Origin: Desulfuromonas sp.
GTDB taxonomy: Bacteria > Desulfobacterota > Desulfuromonadia > Desulfuromonadales > BM515
Assembly: GCA_002869635.1 (NCBI GenBank)
Contig: PKUF01000136.1
Span: forward strand, 1-47,489
DNA: 47,489 nucleotides
Reading direction: 5' to 3'
This document shows, piece by piece, positions 26,296 through 35,500 of the stretch. The notes beneath the pieces are model-generated. The model was not told where the DNA came from. It ran no database searches and saw only the letters and a list, made by a program, of their open reading frames with translations. Every line of letters begins with the position of its first letter. The first letter of the stretch is position 1. The position numbers and the translations under genes are program-made.

Positions 26296-28479
26296 TCACC
26301 GTCCCCTTCGTCGTGCCCCTAAACGACCACGCCGCGGTCGATGGGTAGGCCGCCCCGGCTTGACGCAATTTTCCTGAACCTCATTCAGCCGGAAATCGAT
26401 CTGCCGCCGATCAAGATCAACGTTAGAGACACGCACCTGAACGGTATCCCCCACCGCAAAACTGCGTCGCCTCTGTTCACCGATCAGACGCTGCAGAATT
26501 TCGTCAAACCGGTAGTAGTCGTCATCCAGTGTTGTCACATGGACCAGCCCCTCGACAAAAACCTCATGGAGCTCGACAAAAAAACCAAAAGGATGAACAT
26601 GGGCGACAACCCCACTGAACTCCTCTTCACACCGCGCTGCCATATAACGACACTTATAGAGGTTCTGCAGATCACGCTCGGCCTCCATCGCTCGCCGCTC
26701 AGCCGAGGAAGACGATTCACCAAGCTGAGGGAGCCGCCTCTCCCATCGGGTCTTGAGGGGTGATGGGAGTCGCCCCTGTTCAAGGGTCTGGCGTAACAGA
26801 CGATGAACCACCAGATCGGGATAACGCCGGATCGGTGACGTAAAGTGACAGTAGCACTCCGCCGCCAGACCGAAATGTTTAAGATTCTCCGCAGCATAAC
26901 GTGCCTGCCGCATTGCCCGCAACAGCATCTGGTTAACCAACCGCTCTTCCGGCAGACCGGCGACCTCGTTCAACAAGGCCTGGAGGCGGCGCGGGTCGGG
27001 ACCGGCGGGATCGAGAACAAGTCCATGATTAAAATGCGCCACACACTCCTGCAGGCTCCAGAGCTTCTCCATATCGGGCGGCTCATGAATCCGATAGAGG
27101 AGAGGTGTCCCTTGGCGGGTGAGAAAGTCAGCGACCGCCTCGTTGGCGGCGAGCATAAATTCCTCAATGAGACGATGGGCGATCGTCCGCTCCCCCCTTT
27201 TCACACATTCGGGATGGCCGTCGCCATCGAGGAGAATCTCACTCTCGGGAAGATCGAAATCGAGACTGCCGCGTGAGCGACGCATTACCATAAGAGACTC
27301 AGCGAGCTCAACCATTAAGGCGAGGTCAATCTCGGGAAGGTCGACAAGCGTCCTCGCTTGTTGCAGAGCGTCAAAGACCTCATGGTAGGTCAAACGAGCC
27401 CAACTGCGCATCACCGCCGGGTAGAAACGCGCCTCAAGGCGCTCCCCTTGGGGCGAAAAGAGCATTTCAGCGACCAAGACCAGTCTCTCAACCTTGGGGT
27501 TGAGGGAACAGATGCCGTGGCTTAACGTCTCAGGCAGCATCGGCAGAGCCCGGTCGGGAAAGTAGACACTGGTCCCGCGCTGAAACGCCTGCTGATCGAT
27601 CAGACTCTTCTCTTTGACGTAGTGGCCAACATCGGCAATGGCGACCCAAAGTCGCACCCCTTCTTTGTCACGCCTTACCGCCACCGCATCGTCAAAATCT
27701 CGGGCGCTCTCACCATCGATGGTCACCAGCGGCAACGACCGCAGGTCCTCGCGCCCGCTGTAATCTTGCGGAAGAACCTGCTGAGGCAACGACTCCGACG
27801 CCGCCACAACCTCCTGAGGGAAGTCTGCCACCAATCCGAAACGATGAGCCGCCACCAGAACCTCGGTCCCCGGATCGCCAGCAAGACCGAAGATCCTTTC
27901 AACCTCCCCTTCGGCAGCGTGCGCACCTGAAGGGTAGCGAAGAATCCGGGCGACGACCATCGCCCCTGCCTGAGCTCCTCTCTCCTGACCAGCAGGGATC
28001 AAAAGACTCCCCCCCGTACGCCCATCGACCGGAACAACCAACCCGATCTCGCCGTGGCGTTCATAACGACCGAGCAGTGTCGTCTGACCCCGCTCGAGAA
28101 CTTTCTCAAGCCGCCCCGCCGAGCGCCCTCGGAAGGAGCGTTCAACCCGCACCTCGAGACGGTCGCCATCCATCACCCCACGCAGTTCTCGTGCCGGGAT
28201 AAAAAGGTCCTCTTCGTCGTCGCGATCCGAGCGTAGAAAACCGTAGCCGTCCCGGTGCAAAGCAAGAGTTCCACGCATGAGAGGGAGGGAGGGGAGACCG
28301 TAACGCCCCCCCTTGTGGAGGAGAATCCGTCCCTGCTGTTGCAAACGACGCAGAAGACGTTCAAGCCTGTGGCGTTCATGAGGGGGGAGTGAAAGAGCTG
28401 CCGCAAGCTGACGCAGCGTCAGGGGATTCTCTTTCTGACGCGCCAAAAGCTCGACAACATGTCTGGATGTTAGTGGCAC
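26296..28479 (-). CDS. rnr: Ribonuclease R
   Basis: Cold-shock domains (GYGFL), RNB motifs TIDGESARDFDDA and HFTSPIRRYPDL, S1 domain, basic tail. Confidence 0.95.
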   Translation of the reverse strand: MPLTSRHVVELLARQKENPLTLRQLAAALSLPPHERHRLERLLRRLQQQGRILLHKGGRYGLPSLPLMRGTLALHRDGYGFLRSDRDDEEDLFIPARELRGVMDGDRLEVRVERSFRGRSAGRLEKVLERGQTTLLGRYERHGEIGLVVPVDGRTGGSLLIPAGQERGAQAGAMVVARILRYPSGAHAAEGEVERIFGLAGDPGTEVLVAAHRFGLVADFPQEVVAASESLPQQVLPQDYSGREDLRSLPLVTIDGESARDFDDAVAVRRDKEGVRLWVAIADVGHYVKEKSLIDQQAFQRGTSVYFPDRALPMLPETLSHGICSLNPKVERLVLVAEMLFSPQGERLEARFYPAVMRSWARLTYHEVFDALQQARTLVDLPEIDLALMVELAESLMVMRRSRGSLDFDLPESEILLDGDGHPECVKRGERTIAHRLIEEFMLAANEAVADFLTRQGTPLLYRIHEPPDMEKLWSLQECVAHFNHGLVLDPAGPDPRRLQALLNEVAGLPEERLVNQMLLRAMRQARYAAENLKHFGLAAECYCHFTSPIRRYPDLVVHRLLRQTLEQGRLPSPLKTRWERRLPQLGESSSSAERRAMEAERDLQNLYKCRYMAARCEEEFSGVVAHVHPFGFFVELHEVFVEGLVHVTTLDDDYYRFDEILQRLIGEQRRRSFAVGDTVQVRVSNVDLDRRQIDFRLNEVQENCVKPGRPTHRPRRGRLGARRRGR

Positions 28480-28558
28480 CGCATCCCCTCAGGGTTGGCG
28501 AAGAAGAAACCGCAAGGGGCATCCTGTCCGGTAGCGGCAGACGTAAAGAATCGACACA

Positions 28559-29599
28559 TCAGGAGCCGGCAACGGCGCCTGTCTGCCCCTTGGCCCAGTT
28601 GTGCTTGCCAAACTTGCGATACCCCTGAACGTTATTGTAACGGGCGTCGCGGCTCTCCTCAAGGGTGAGAACCTGTCCGTTAAGCAACGGTTGCAGATAT
28701 TTGGCGAGGACCGCTCCCCCTCCCCCGGTAATGACCATGGCATCTATGTCCCAATCGTCGACCCAGAGGCGATCGACTTCGTTGGCGATAGTCGAAGCGA
28801 GTTGGCCGAAGACCTGCTCGGTGATCCCTTTGAGGTCGTATTCCTTGCCACGAATCTTGATAAATCCACGATCAACGGCGTCATAGAGACGATAGAGTTC
28901 GACATTGATTCCGCTACGCTCACGCAGCTTGCCGGCAATCACATTAAAGGCACGAGAGATGCCGGAATCGGTGGTGCGACTGCCACGTTCAGAATAACGC
29001 ATCTTGTCGGAAACGGTATAATCACAGGTCCGAAAACCAACATCAATCACCCCGATCTTCTCGCGGACCAAACGCTTGTCAGCGAGTTCTCCAAGGTCAT
29101 TGAGCATCAAATTAAAAAGTGAACCGAAGGGTTGGGGTATAACCCGTACCTTGCTGATATTGATCACCTTTTCCTGACGCTTGCCACTGCCATCAACCAG
29201 TGTCACCTTATGCTCACCTTGAAGGATACGGGCCAACTCATCCTTGTGTTGCCGGTAATAACCGATAGGAAGACCGGTGACAAGATTGATCGGCATATAA
29301 CCACCGACCAAACGAGACGCAGCGGTCAAAGCAAGATTGAGAGCAAACTTGCCAATAAACTGCTCTTGATCCAAGGTAAAAAAACGCACATTGCTCTGGC
29401 GTTCAGCCAGTTCACCAACGAAATACGACTTACCACCGACCTCGATCTGCAGGTGGCCCTCACCACCGGCATCCGAGAGAATATTTTCGCGAAACTGGAT
29501 TTCTGTCGCCTCTCCCAATACCGACTTAAAGATCAGACCGTTTTTGCCGTCCGTCGCCTTGGTGAAGCCGAATCCGATATCAATGCCAAGGATCTCCAC
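28559..29599 (-). CDS. ParM/StbA-family actin-like ATPase
   Basis: GIDIGFGFTK (phosphate-1), VTGLP, IPQP, IDVGFRTCD (phosphate-2), ITGGG; GTG start with GGAGGA RBS. Confidence 0.88.
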   Translation of the reverse strand: MEILGIDIGFGFTKATDGKNGLIFKSVLGEATEIQFRENILSDAGGEGHLQIEVGGKSYFVGELAERQSNVRFFTLDQEQFIGKFALNLALTAASRLVGGYMPINLVTGLPIGYYRQHKDELARILQGEHKVTLVDGSGKRQEKVINISKVRVIPQPFGSLFNLMLNDLGELADKRLVREKIGVIDVGFRTCDYTVSDKMRYSERGSRTTDSGISRAFNVIAGKLRERSGINVELYRLYDAVDRGFIKIRGKEYDLKGITEQVFGQLASTIANEVDRLWVDDWDIDAMVITGGGGAVLAKYLQPLLNGQVLTLEESRDARYNNVQGYRKFGKHNWAKGQTGAVAGS

Positions 29600-29637
29600 G
29601 TCGTCCTCCCGTCATCATTTCATGAAAAAAGGGTTAC

Positions 29638-30987
29638 CTACCCCTCAACCGATTCACCATCGGCGATGCTGTTAATCACCAGTCCCGTGAGGAGCTTGGG
29701 ATAGAAATAGGTCGACTTCTGGGGCATTTTCTCCCCGGCGTTCGCCACATCCCGAACTTCACTCATCTTGGTGGCGTTCATCAAAAACGCCAACTGATAA
29801 TCGCCGCTATCAACCATCGTGAACGGATCGTCGAAATTCTTCACATACTTCAAGTGCGTCTGCTTCTCCTGCGCCTCAAGGGTGATCCCAAGATGTTCTT
29901 CAAGGATCAGACGATGCAAGATTGAGACATCAAGTGTCCGTAGGGCTTTGGGGGCCGAGGTAGGGAAGTAGCGATCCATGATCGCTTCATCACGCAAACC
30001 CAGATAATAGACGATCCCTTTGCCGGCGTAGCAGACCAGGCTGTGCCCCTTTTCTCCCTCCCTTTGCAGTGTCTCACGCACATGCGTGCGCCCCTCGGTG
30101 CTGGTCGGGTCCACGTTCTCGCTGCGGATCTCGAAATGCTCCTTGAGTGCCGACAACAGCGATTCGACATCGACATCGGCAAGACCATGGATGAGACGAT
30201 GGGTGGGGAATATGGTCATCCCCTGATCTTCCATATTGGCGAAGTACATCAGGACGTAGTTATAGAGTTCGCGGCCGGTAAAATCAGGATCTTGCTCCCG
30301 CCGGTAATTGCGATAATTCAAAGCCGTCTCGTAACGGTGATGGCCATCGGCGATAAAAAGCGGCTTGCTTTCAAGCAGGTCATACGCCTTATCGAGCAGG
30401 GCAGGCTCACTAATCGGCCAGAGGCGATGCAGAACCCCGTCATCATCGGCCACCTCAAGAGCAGGAGGGTGTGCCTTTTCGTGACGAGTGAGGGTTTCTA
30501 GAACACAACAGGGATCAGAGTAAAGGGAGAAGATCGGGCTGAAATTGGCCTTGCATGCTTTGGTCAGATTCAACCGGTCGGTTTTAGGGCCGGAGAGGGT
30601 CTTCTCATGCGGCTTGACCACACCAGAAGAGAAATCCTCAAGCCGGGTCAAGGCCATGAACCCTTTACGGACCACCGGCTGGCCGTCAGGACCGGGGTAT
30701 TCCTGATCATAGAGGTAGAGCGAAGGTCGTTCATCACGTTGCAGAACCTCCTCCTTCTGCCAGGCGGTAAATTCAGCAGCAGCGCGACTGTAACGATTGT
30801 CGTTATCGCCATCATTCTCATTGGTCTTGCCGAGGATCAGACGAACAACATTCCAAGGACTGCGCTGGTAGAGATTCTCCTGCATTTCAGGGGAGATCAC
30901 GTCATAAGGGGGGGCCATGACGTTGGCGGGTTTGTCAATTTTTTTCGGGTTGTAACGCAGAGCACGAAAGGGGGAAATCTTGGCCAT
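29638..30987 (-). CDS. DUF1015 family protein
   Basis: PFRALRY, APPYDVIS, PHEKT, IADGHHRYETA, PTHRL, MPQKSTYFYPKL. Confidence 0.9.
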   Translation of the reverse strand: MAKISPFRALRYNPKKIDKPANVMAPPYDVISPEMQENLYQRSPWNVVRLILGKTNENDGDNDNRYSRAAAEFTAWQKEEVLQRDERPSLYLYDQEYPGPDGQPVVRKGFMALTRLEDFSSGVVKPHEKTLSGPKTDRLNLTKACKANFSPIFSLYSDPCCVLETLTRHEKAHPPALEVADDDGVLHRLWPISEPALLDKAYDLLESKPLFIADGHHRYETALNYRNYRREQDPDFTGRELYNYVLMYFANMEDQGMTIFPTHRLIHGLADVDVESLLSALKEHFEIRSENVDPTSTEGRTHVRETLQREGEKGHSLVCYAGKGIVYYLGLRDEAIMDRYFPTSAPKALRTLDVSILHRLILEEHLGITLEAQEKQTHLKYVKNFDDPFTMVDSGDYQLAFLMNATKMSEVRDVANAGEKMPQKSTYFYPKLLTGLVINSIADGESVEG

Positions 30988-31029
30988 AGCTTGCAAACTC
31001 CCTTGATTTTCGTAGTGAATAGACGGGCT

Positions 31030-31059
31030 ACTATACGAAAATTACAGCGGGAGTGGCAA
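31030..31059 (-). promoter_or_regulatory. Putative sigma70 promoter of DUF1015-actin unit
   Basis: TTGCCA (31054-31059)-N18-TATAGT (31030-31035). Confidence 0.5.
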
Positions 31060-31103
31060 GGGAAAAGGGGGGAGGTGATGCCTACGGCGAGATGACCCCT
31101 CTG

Positions 31104-31631
31104 TTATCTCACGATAAAGGTGCTGCTATCTGCATCCCATTTTCCAACAACGACGTGTCCGGTCGCGGCCGTCTTGATCCCTATCCGGTAGAGTTTATTT
31201 CCATCCTCATCAAGGATACAGACATAACCGCTCGAACTGCTGCCGTTTGGATTAAAATGGAGTTCAAACTCGGCGGTTTCCGTATCACCGTCTCCCGTCG
31301 GGGTATCGCAATCACTGGAGGTTTTTTCGGCCAGATTCCCGGTTTCAACCTCTGGGTATCTCCTCATAACAGAAGAGGTATCCGCATCTTCCAGCCAAAA
31401 ATGGTCAGCATCAAAATCGAATTTGACCTCCAACTCCTTATTGAGAGTCGCGGCCGTCGAACGGGCTTCACGCATGGCGGTGGCGATAGTCATGGCCGCC
31501 GAACGGTAATTCGCGTTGACAATAAATTCTTTCCACACCGGCATTGAGATCCCGATGAGAATACCGATAATCGCAATAGCGACGATCAACTCAACAAGGG
31601 TAAATCCTTTGTTATCGGACACGTTGTCCAC
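31104..31631 (-). CDS. fimU: FimT/FimU (GspH-like) minor pilin
   Basis: G/FTLVEL prepilin motif, AR..A helix, F.PNG motif. Confidence 0.78.
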   Translation of the reverse strand: MDNVSDNKGFTLVELIVAIAIIGILIGISMPVWKEFIVNANYRSAAMTIATAMREARSTAATLNKELEVKFDFDADHFWLEDADTSSVMRRYPEVETGNLAEKTSSDCDTPTGDGDTETAEFELHFNPNGSSSSGYVCILDEDGNKLYRIGIKTAATGHVVVGKWDADSSTFIVR

Positions 31632-31635
31632 CCTT

Positions 31636-32538
31636 CTACTGATAAGAGATTGTCAGGACATATTCCTGAACAGCCCGGACCCCATCGCTGTCCGTGGCGA
31701 CAATCCTAACCGGCTGCTCACCGGCTTGATTCTGGCCGATCTCCCATCGAACCATCCCGGACGAGCTGTCGATCGTCATTCCAGCCGGTGCAGCCTCCAG
31801 CGAATAGGCAATAGGATCTCCTTCAGGGTCCCTAGCCTCCACCCGGTAGGTGTAGGTGTTCGCCTTGAAGGACGTCGCCGGAACACTCACGAAATATGGA
31901 GGTGCATTGGGGATCTGAAACGCCGCCCCGGAGAAGGTTTCACCGGCACTCTCACCATCGTGGGGGGTGATCACCACATCGATCTCATCCCCTTTTTTAA
32001 ATCGCTCCGCGGAAAGAACAGATCCGTCAATCCAAGAGAGCTCTTCGCCATTGACGATCCAGAGATAAGAGAAGGAGAGATCATCACCATCTTCATCGAC
32101 CGCCTCGGGAATAATTTTGATATCCCGCCCGGTCTGCACTGCCGTCGATTCGAACTCGGCCCGGATGATTCGCGGAGGGGTATTGCGAACGACGACCGAA
32201 CTCTCAACCCTCTCGCCCTCAGAGTTCACCTCAACGGTGATCACATCCCCCTTGACAAAAACGCCGGGAGCGAGCAGCGTCCCTTGGGTCTCAACCTTTT
32301 GGCCGTTGACGCGCCAGATGAGGTCGAGCGCCGCCCCACGCGAACTGCTGACCATCGCCTTGATTCTGCTCGTGCGGGTCGGTTCACTCGGAACCAGTTG
32401 AACGGAGAGCTCTCCCGAGGAAGAGATGGCAGGCTCAGAGACAGAAGGCGCTTGAGCCTGCTTTTGTTCAGCCTCTTTGCTGCAAGCAGAAAAAACACAA
32501 CAGATAAGCAATAGACCAAAGAGCTGCCGCATCGTCAT
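31636..32538 (-). CDS. Lipoprotein with tandem Ig-like domains and a C-terminal cadherin/He_PIG-like domain
   Basis: Lipobox FSA/C; duplicated W.VNG...L....F.KGD.I.V module; N.PP linkers; A.DPEGD..YSL...PAGMTID..SG.V.W; ATDSDG. Confidence 0.78.
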   Translation of the reverse strand: MTMRQLFGLLLICCVFSACSKEAEQKQAQAPSVSEPAISSSGELSVQLVPSEPTRTSRIKAMVSSSRGAALDLIWRVNGQKVETQGTLLAPGVFVKGDVITVEVNSEGERVESSVVVRNTPPRIIRAEFESTAVQTGRDIKIIPEAVDEDGDDLSFSYLWIVNGEELSWIDGSVLSAERFKKGDEIDVVITPHDGESAGETFSGAAFQIPNAPPYFVSVPATSFKANTYTYRVEARDPEGDPIAYSLEAAPAGMTIDSSSGMVRWEIGQNQAGEQPVRIVATDSDGVRAVQEYVLTISYQ

Positions 32539-32544
32539 TTTCTC

Positions 32545-35500
32545 CTAACGCCGCCAGAGCCAATACACGGGGAGAACGGTCCCCCCTGTGACCGGATCTT
32601 CACTACAGAGACCACCGCCGCAACCAACAAGGATTTCGGCATCACCGCTGGCCGGCATCACCATCACCAGACCCGAAGGGATCCCCACGCCGAGCTCCGT
32701 CGAACGGTCGGCACGCCGCAGGACATCGCCCGACTTGCTCTGGGCCCTGTCATTGTTGGCGGTCGATTCTTCATCATTATTGCTGTCGGGGGTATTGGTC
32801 TCATTGCTGAAATTCAAGACCGCTTCACCCGTCTTGTAATTTGTTGCATACATTCTCGAAATACCGAGGTTGCCCGGCATACAGGGATCAGGCGAAACCT
32901 CAAGGTTCGGCGCATAGGTCGTGTAATAGGCGACCTTGTTGAAGGCGAGCGGGTTGGCGAGGACCTTCTCCCCCGGGTTCTCATCCAGCTTGATGTACCA
33001 GCCATAGGTCGATGTGCTGTAGAGCCGCTCGAGAACACAGGTCACCGATTGATCGGCGGCATTGCTGCAGTCGCCGGTGTACGCCATCGGTTCCGCCGAC
33101 TGCAAAATGTTGTCCGTCACATCCACAAGGTCGAGCTCTGTGATCAGCTCATTGGTCCGCTGTCCCCGGTCGTAGATGGCGTACATGCGATCAACAACGT
33201 TGGTATTCAAGGGGTGGGCACGATCACCGCTGCCGATGTAGAGGTTGATCACCCCACCACTCTCGAAAGTCACAGAGGGTCGATAGAAGAATTTACGCCC
33301 CCACCCCTCATCCGGCGGGGTCCCCAAACTTGCATCGTTGGTCCCACGCGCGTTCGCCTCAAAAATCCTTTTGCCAAACCAGGTGTTGATTTCCGGTGAC
33401 GCAATCGGGCGTAACTCTCCACTCGACTGATAGGCCGTCATCCGCCAGAGTTGACCCCCGGTATCGCCAACGTAGAGACGATCCGTGTAACCGTCAAAGT
33501 CGGTATCTAGCACCGTTACGTCCGATGGAACCGAGAACTTCATCCGTTTACGGTTATAGGTATTGTCGGTGCCGTTGTAACCGAACTCCCAAACCAGCGA
33601 GCCGCTGTTCGTGAAATCGGGAACCCCAGTCGTAGAGAGTTTAGCAATCTCAACAGCATAAACAGCCCGTCCTTTCGGATTGTTGGTGATGTTGGTGTCA
33701 CTGTTATTCCGGGGGGGGACGATCGTGCCGGTGCTGACGACATCGTCGGCGTCATGGGTCGGGACAACAACGTTGGCGTTGGTGAAACCCTGAGTTGCTC
33801 CAAAGCGTCCATCTTCGTTTAAGTTATCGTAGCCAGCACCGATAAAGGCGACCACCTTATCCACCAAGGTCCCCGAGACATTATGCTTGACCAACCCCAG
33901 TTCGGGCGTGCTCCAGCTCTCTCCCATCTCGGAAAATCCAGCCACTGTCGAGTCAATTCTCCACAGAAATTTAGGCGTGTCGGGAACCGTGACATCAAGA
34001 GCATAATAGGCTGAGCCGCCACGACGCTCGCCGAAGATCAGAAGAACCTTGTCGCCGTCATCCACCTCGATATTGCCGTCGTTATCCTTGTCGTAGACAT
34101 AGCTGACAGGCGTACCATCAACAAAATAGTTGTGTACCGTCTGATGCAGCAGACTCAGTTTGTCGAGTTGATCGGGAGGGATAAAGGCCCAGGCCTCGGA
34201 ACCGTCGCAATCCTTGAAGGCGTGCAACATGCCGTCATTGGCACCGACAAAGACCATCGAGGTGTTGACCGAGCAGTTGGCTTCATTTTCGTCGGTAAAG
34301 GTGTAGGTGTTGTAATTGACAACCTGCGGCTTGGAATGCAGGACATCGCCGAGAATCCAGTCGCGGGTCTCAATATTGTCAGCCGTCCCGTTGCCGTTCA
34401 GGTCCATCGTACTGGCGTAGGAATCGACGCCGAGAATATAGTCGATGACCTTGTCGCGTTCAGCGGCATCGACCCCTAAAAGGGCTGCGGTGACCCCGGC
34501 GTTGGTCGTGTCAAACTCGTTCGTGGCATGGGTCAGATCTGCATTCGATCCGAGATAGGTGTAAACATTGCGGGAAGAGAGGGCTGTCTTGCGCATTACC
34601 GAACCGCTGCCGCCGTACTCAACCCGTCCTCCGTCATAGATCCGGTCTCCGGCGGCGTCGACACTCCACATGGAGGTGGCGGTGTAGGTGTCGGTGGGAC
34701 GTGCTTCCGTATCCTTAAAGCCGCCGTCGCTGTTGGTCGCGATATTGCCGAGAGCGTCGATGATGTTGCTGCTGCTGTCGAGGCCGTACTTCTTGAGATT
34801 ACCGTACCAGCTGCTCTGGCTGACCGGCTTAAAGAAACCGAGATAGACCCGCGAGCCGCTGTAGGTCCGGTTTTCCGGGCTGGTCGGAACCACCGGGGCG
34901 ACAAAAGCCGAGTTGACCTCGGCGACAATGCTCGCCAACAGTTCGGTCATGGCATTGGCGAGAGAGTTGGAGTCGTAGACATTGTAGAAAACCCCACCAC
35001 CATCATAGGCCGATCCTTCCACCAACATATCTGAACTCTGGAAGGCAAGAACAAAATGGACCGTCATCCCCATGTTGTCTTTGAGCCAAGCCGCCACATC
35101 GTCGAGATAGTGGGAACCGGCGCCATAGACGTATTCATCCGGCCAGCTATCATTGTCGGCATCGCCGATATTCTGTGCCAATTTCGGGCTGCCATCACCG
35201 TTAGAGAGGCCGTTGGTGACAATGATGATGTGATTGTAGCAGTTCTTGGCGATATCCGGATCGATGCGGGTCGACTCAGTAATGTAATCGTAATCGGCAC
35301 CGAAATAGTAGCCAGCGTCGTAGAGGGCTTCGGCCTGAGGACGCAGGGTGGCACTGGAGAGAATTGGTTCGCTCGAGGTGTCACCACTCCCGGGGAGGAG
35401 ATTGAGAAAGTTAGCAAAGTCCGTATCGTCGCTCAAATTCTGCATCGGTGAGAGGATTTTGCCGCCGGAGTTGTTATCACCATAGACCATTGAGGCAAAA

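Noticed and set aside
28480-29640. Plasmid/prophage ParMRC partition cassette
   Set aside because: No ParR-like ORF, centromere repeats, integrase or replication genes; flanked by housekeeping genes
31516-32514. 332-aa plus-strand ORF
   Set aside because: Antisense shadow of the Ig-domain lipoprotein; no recognisable motifs
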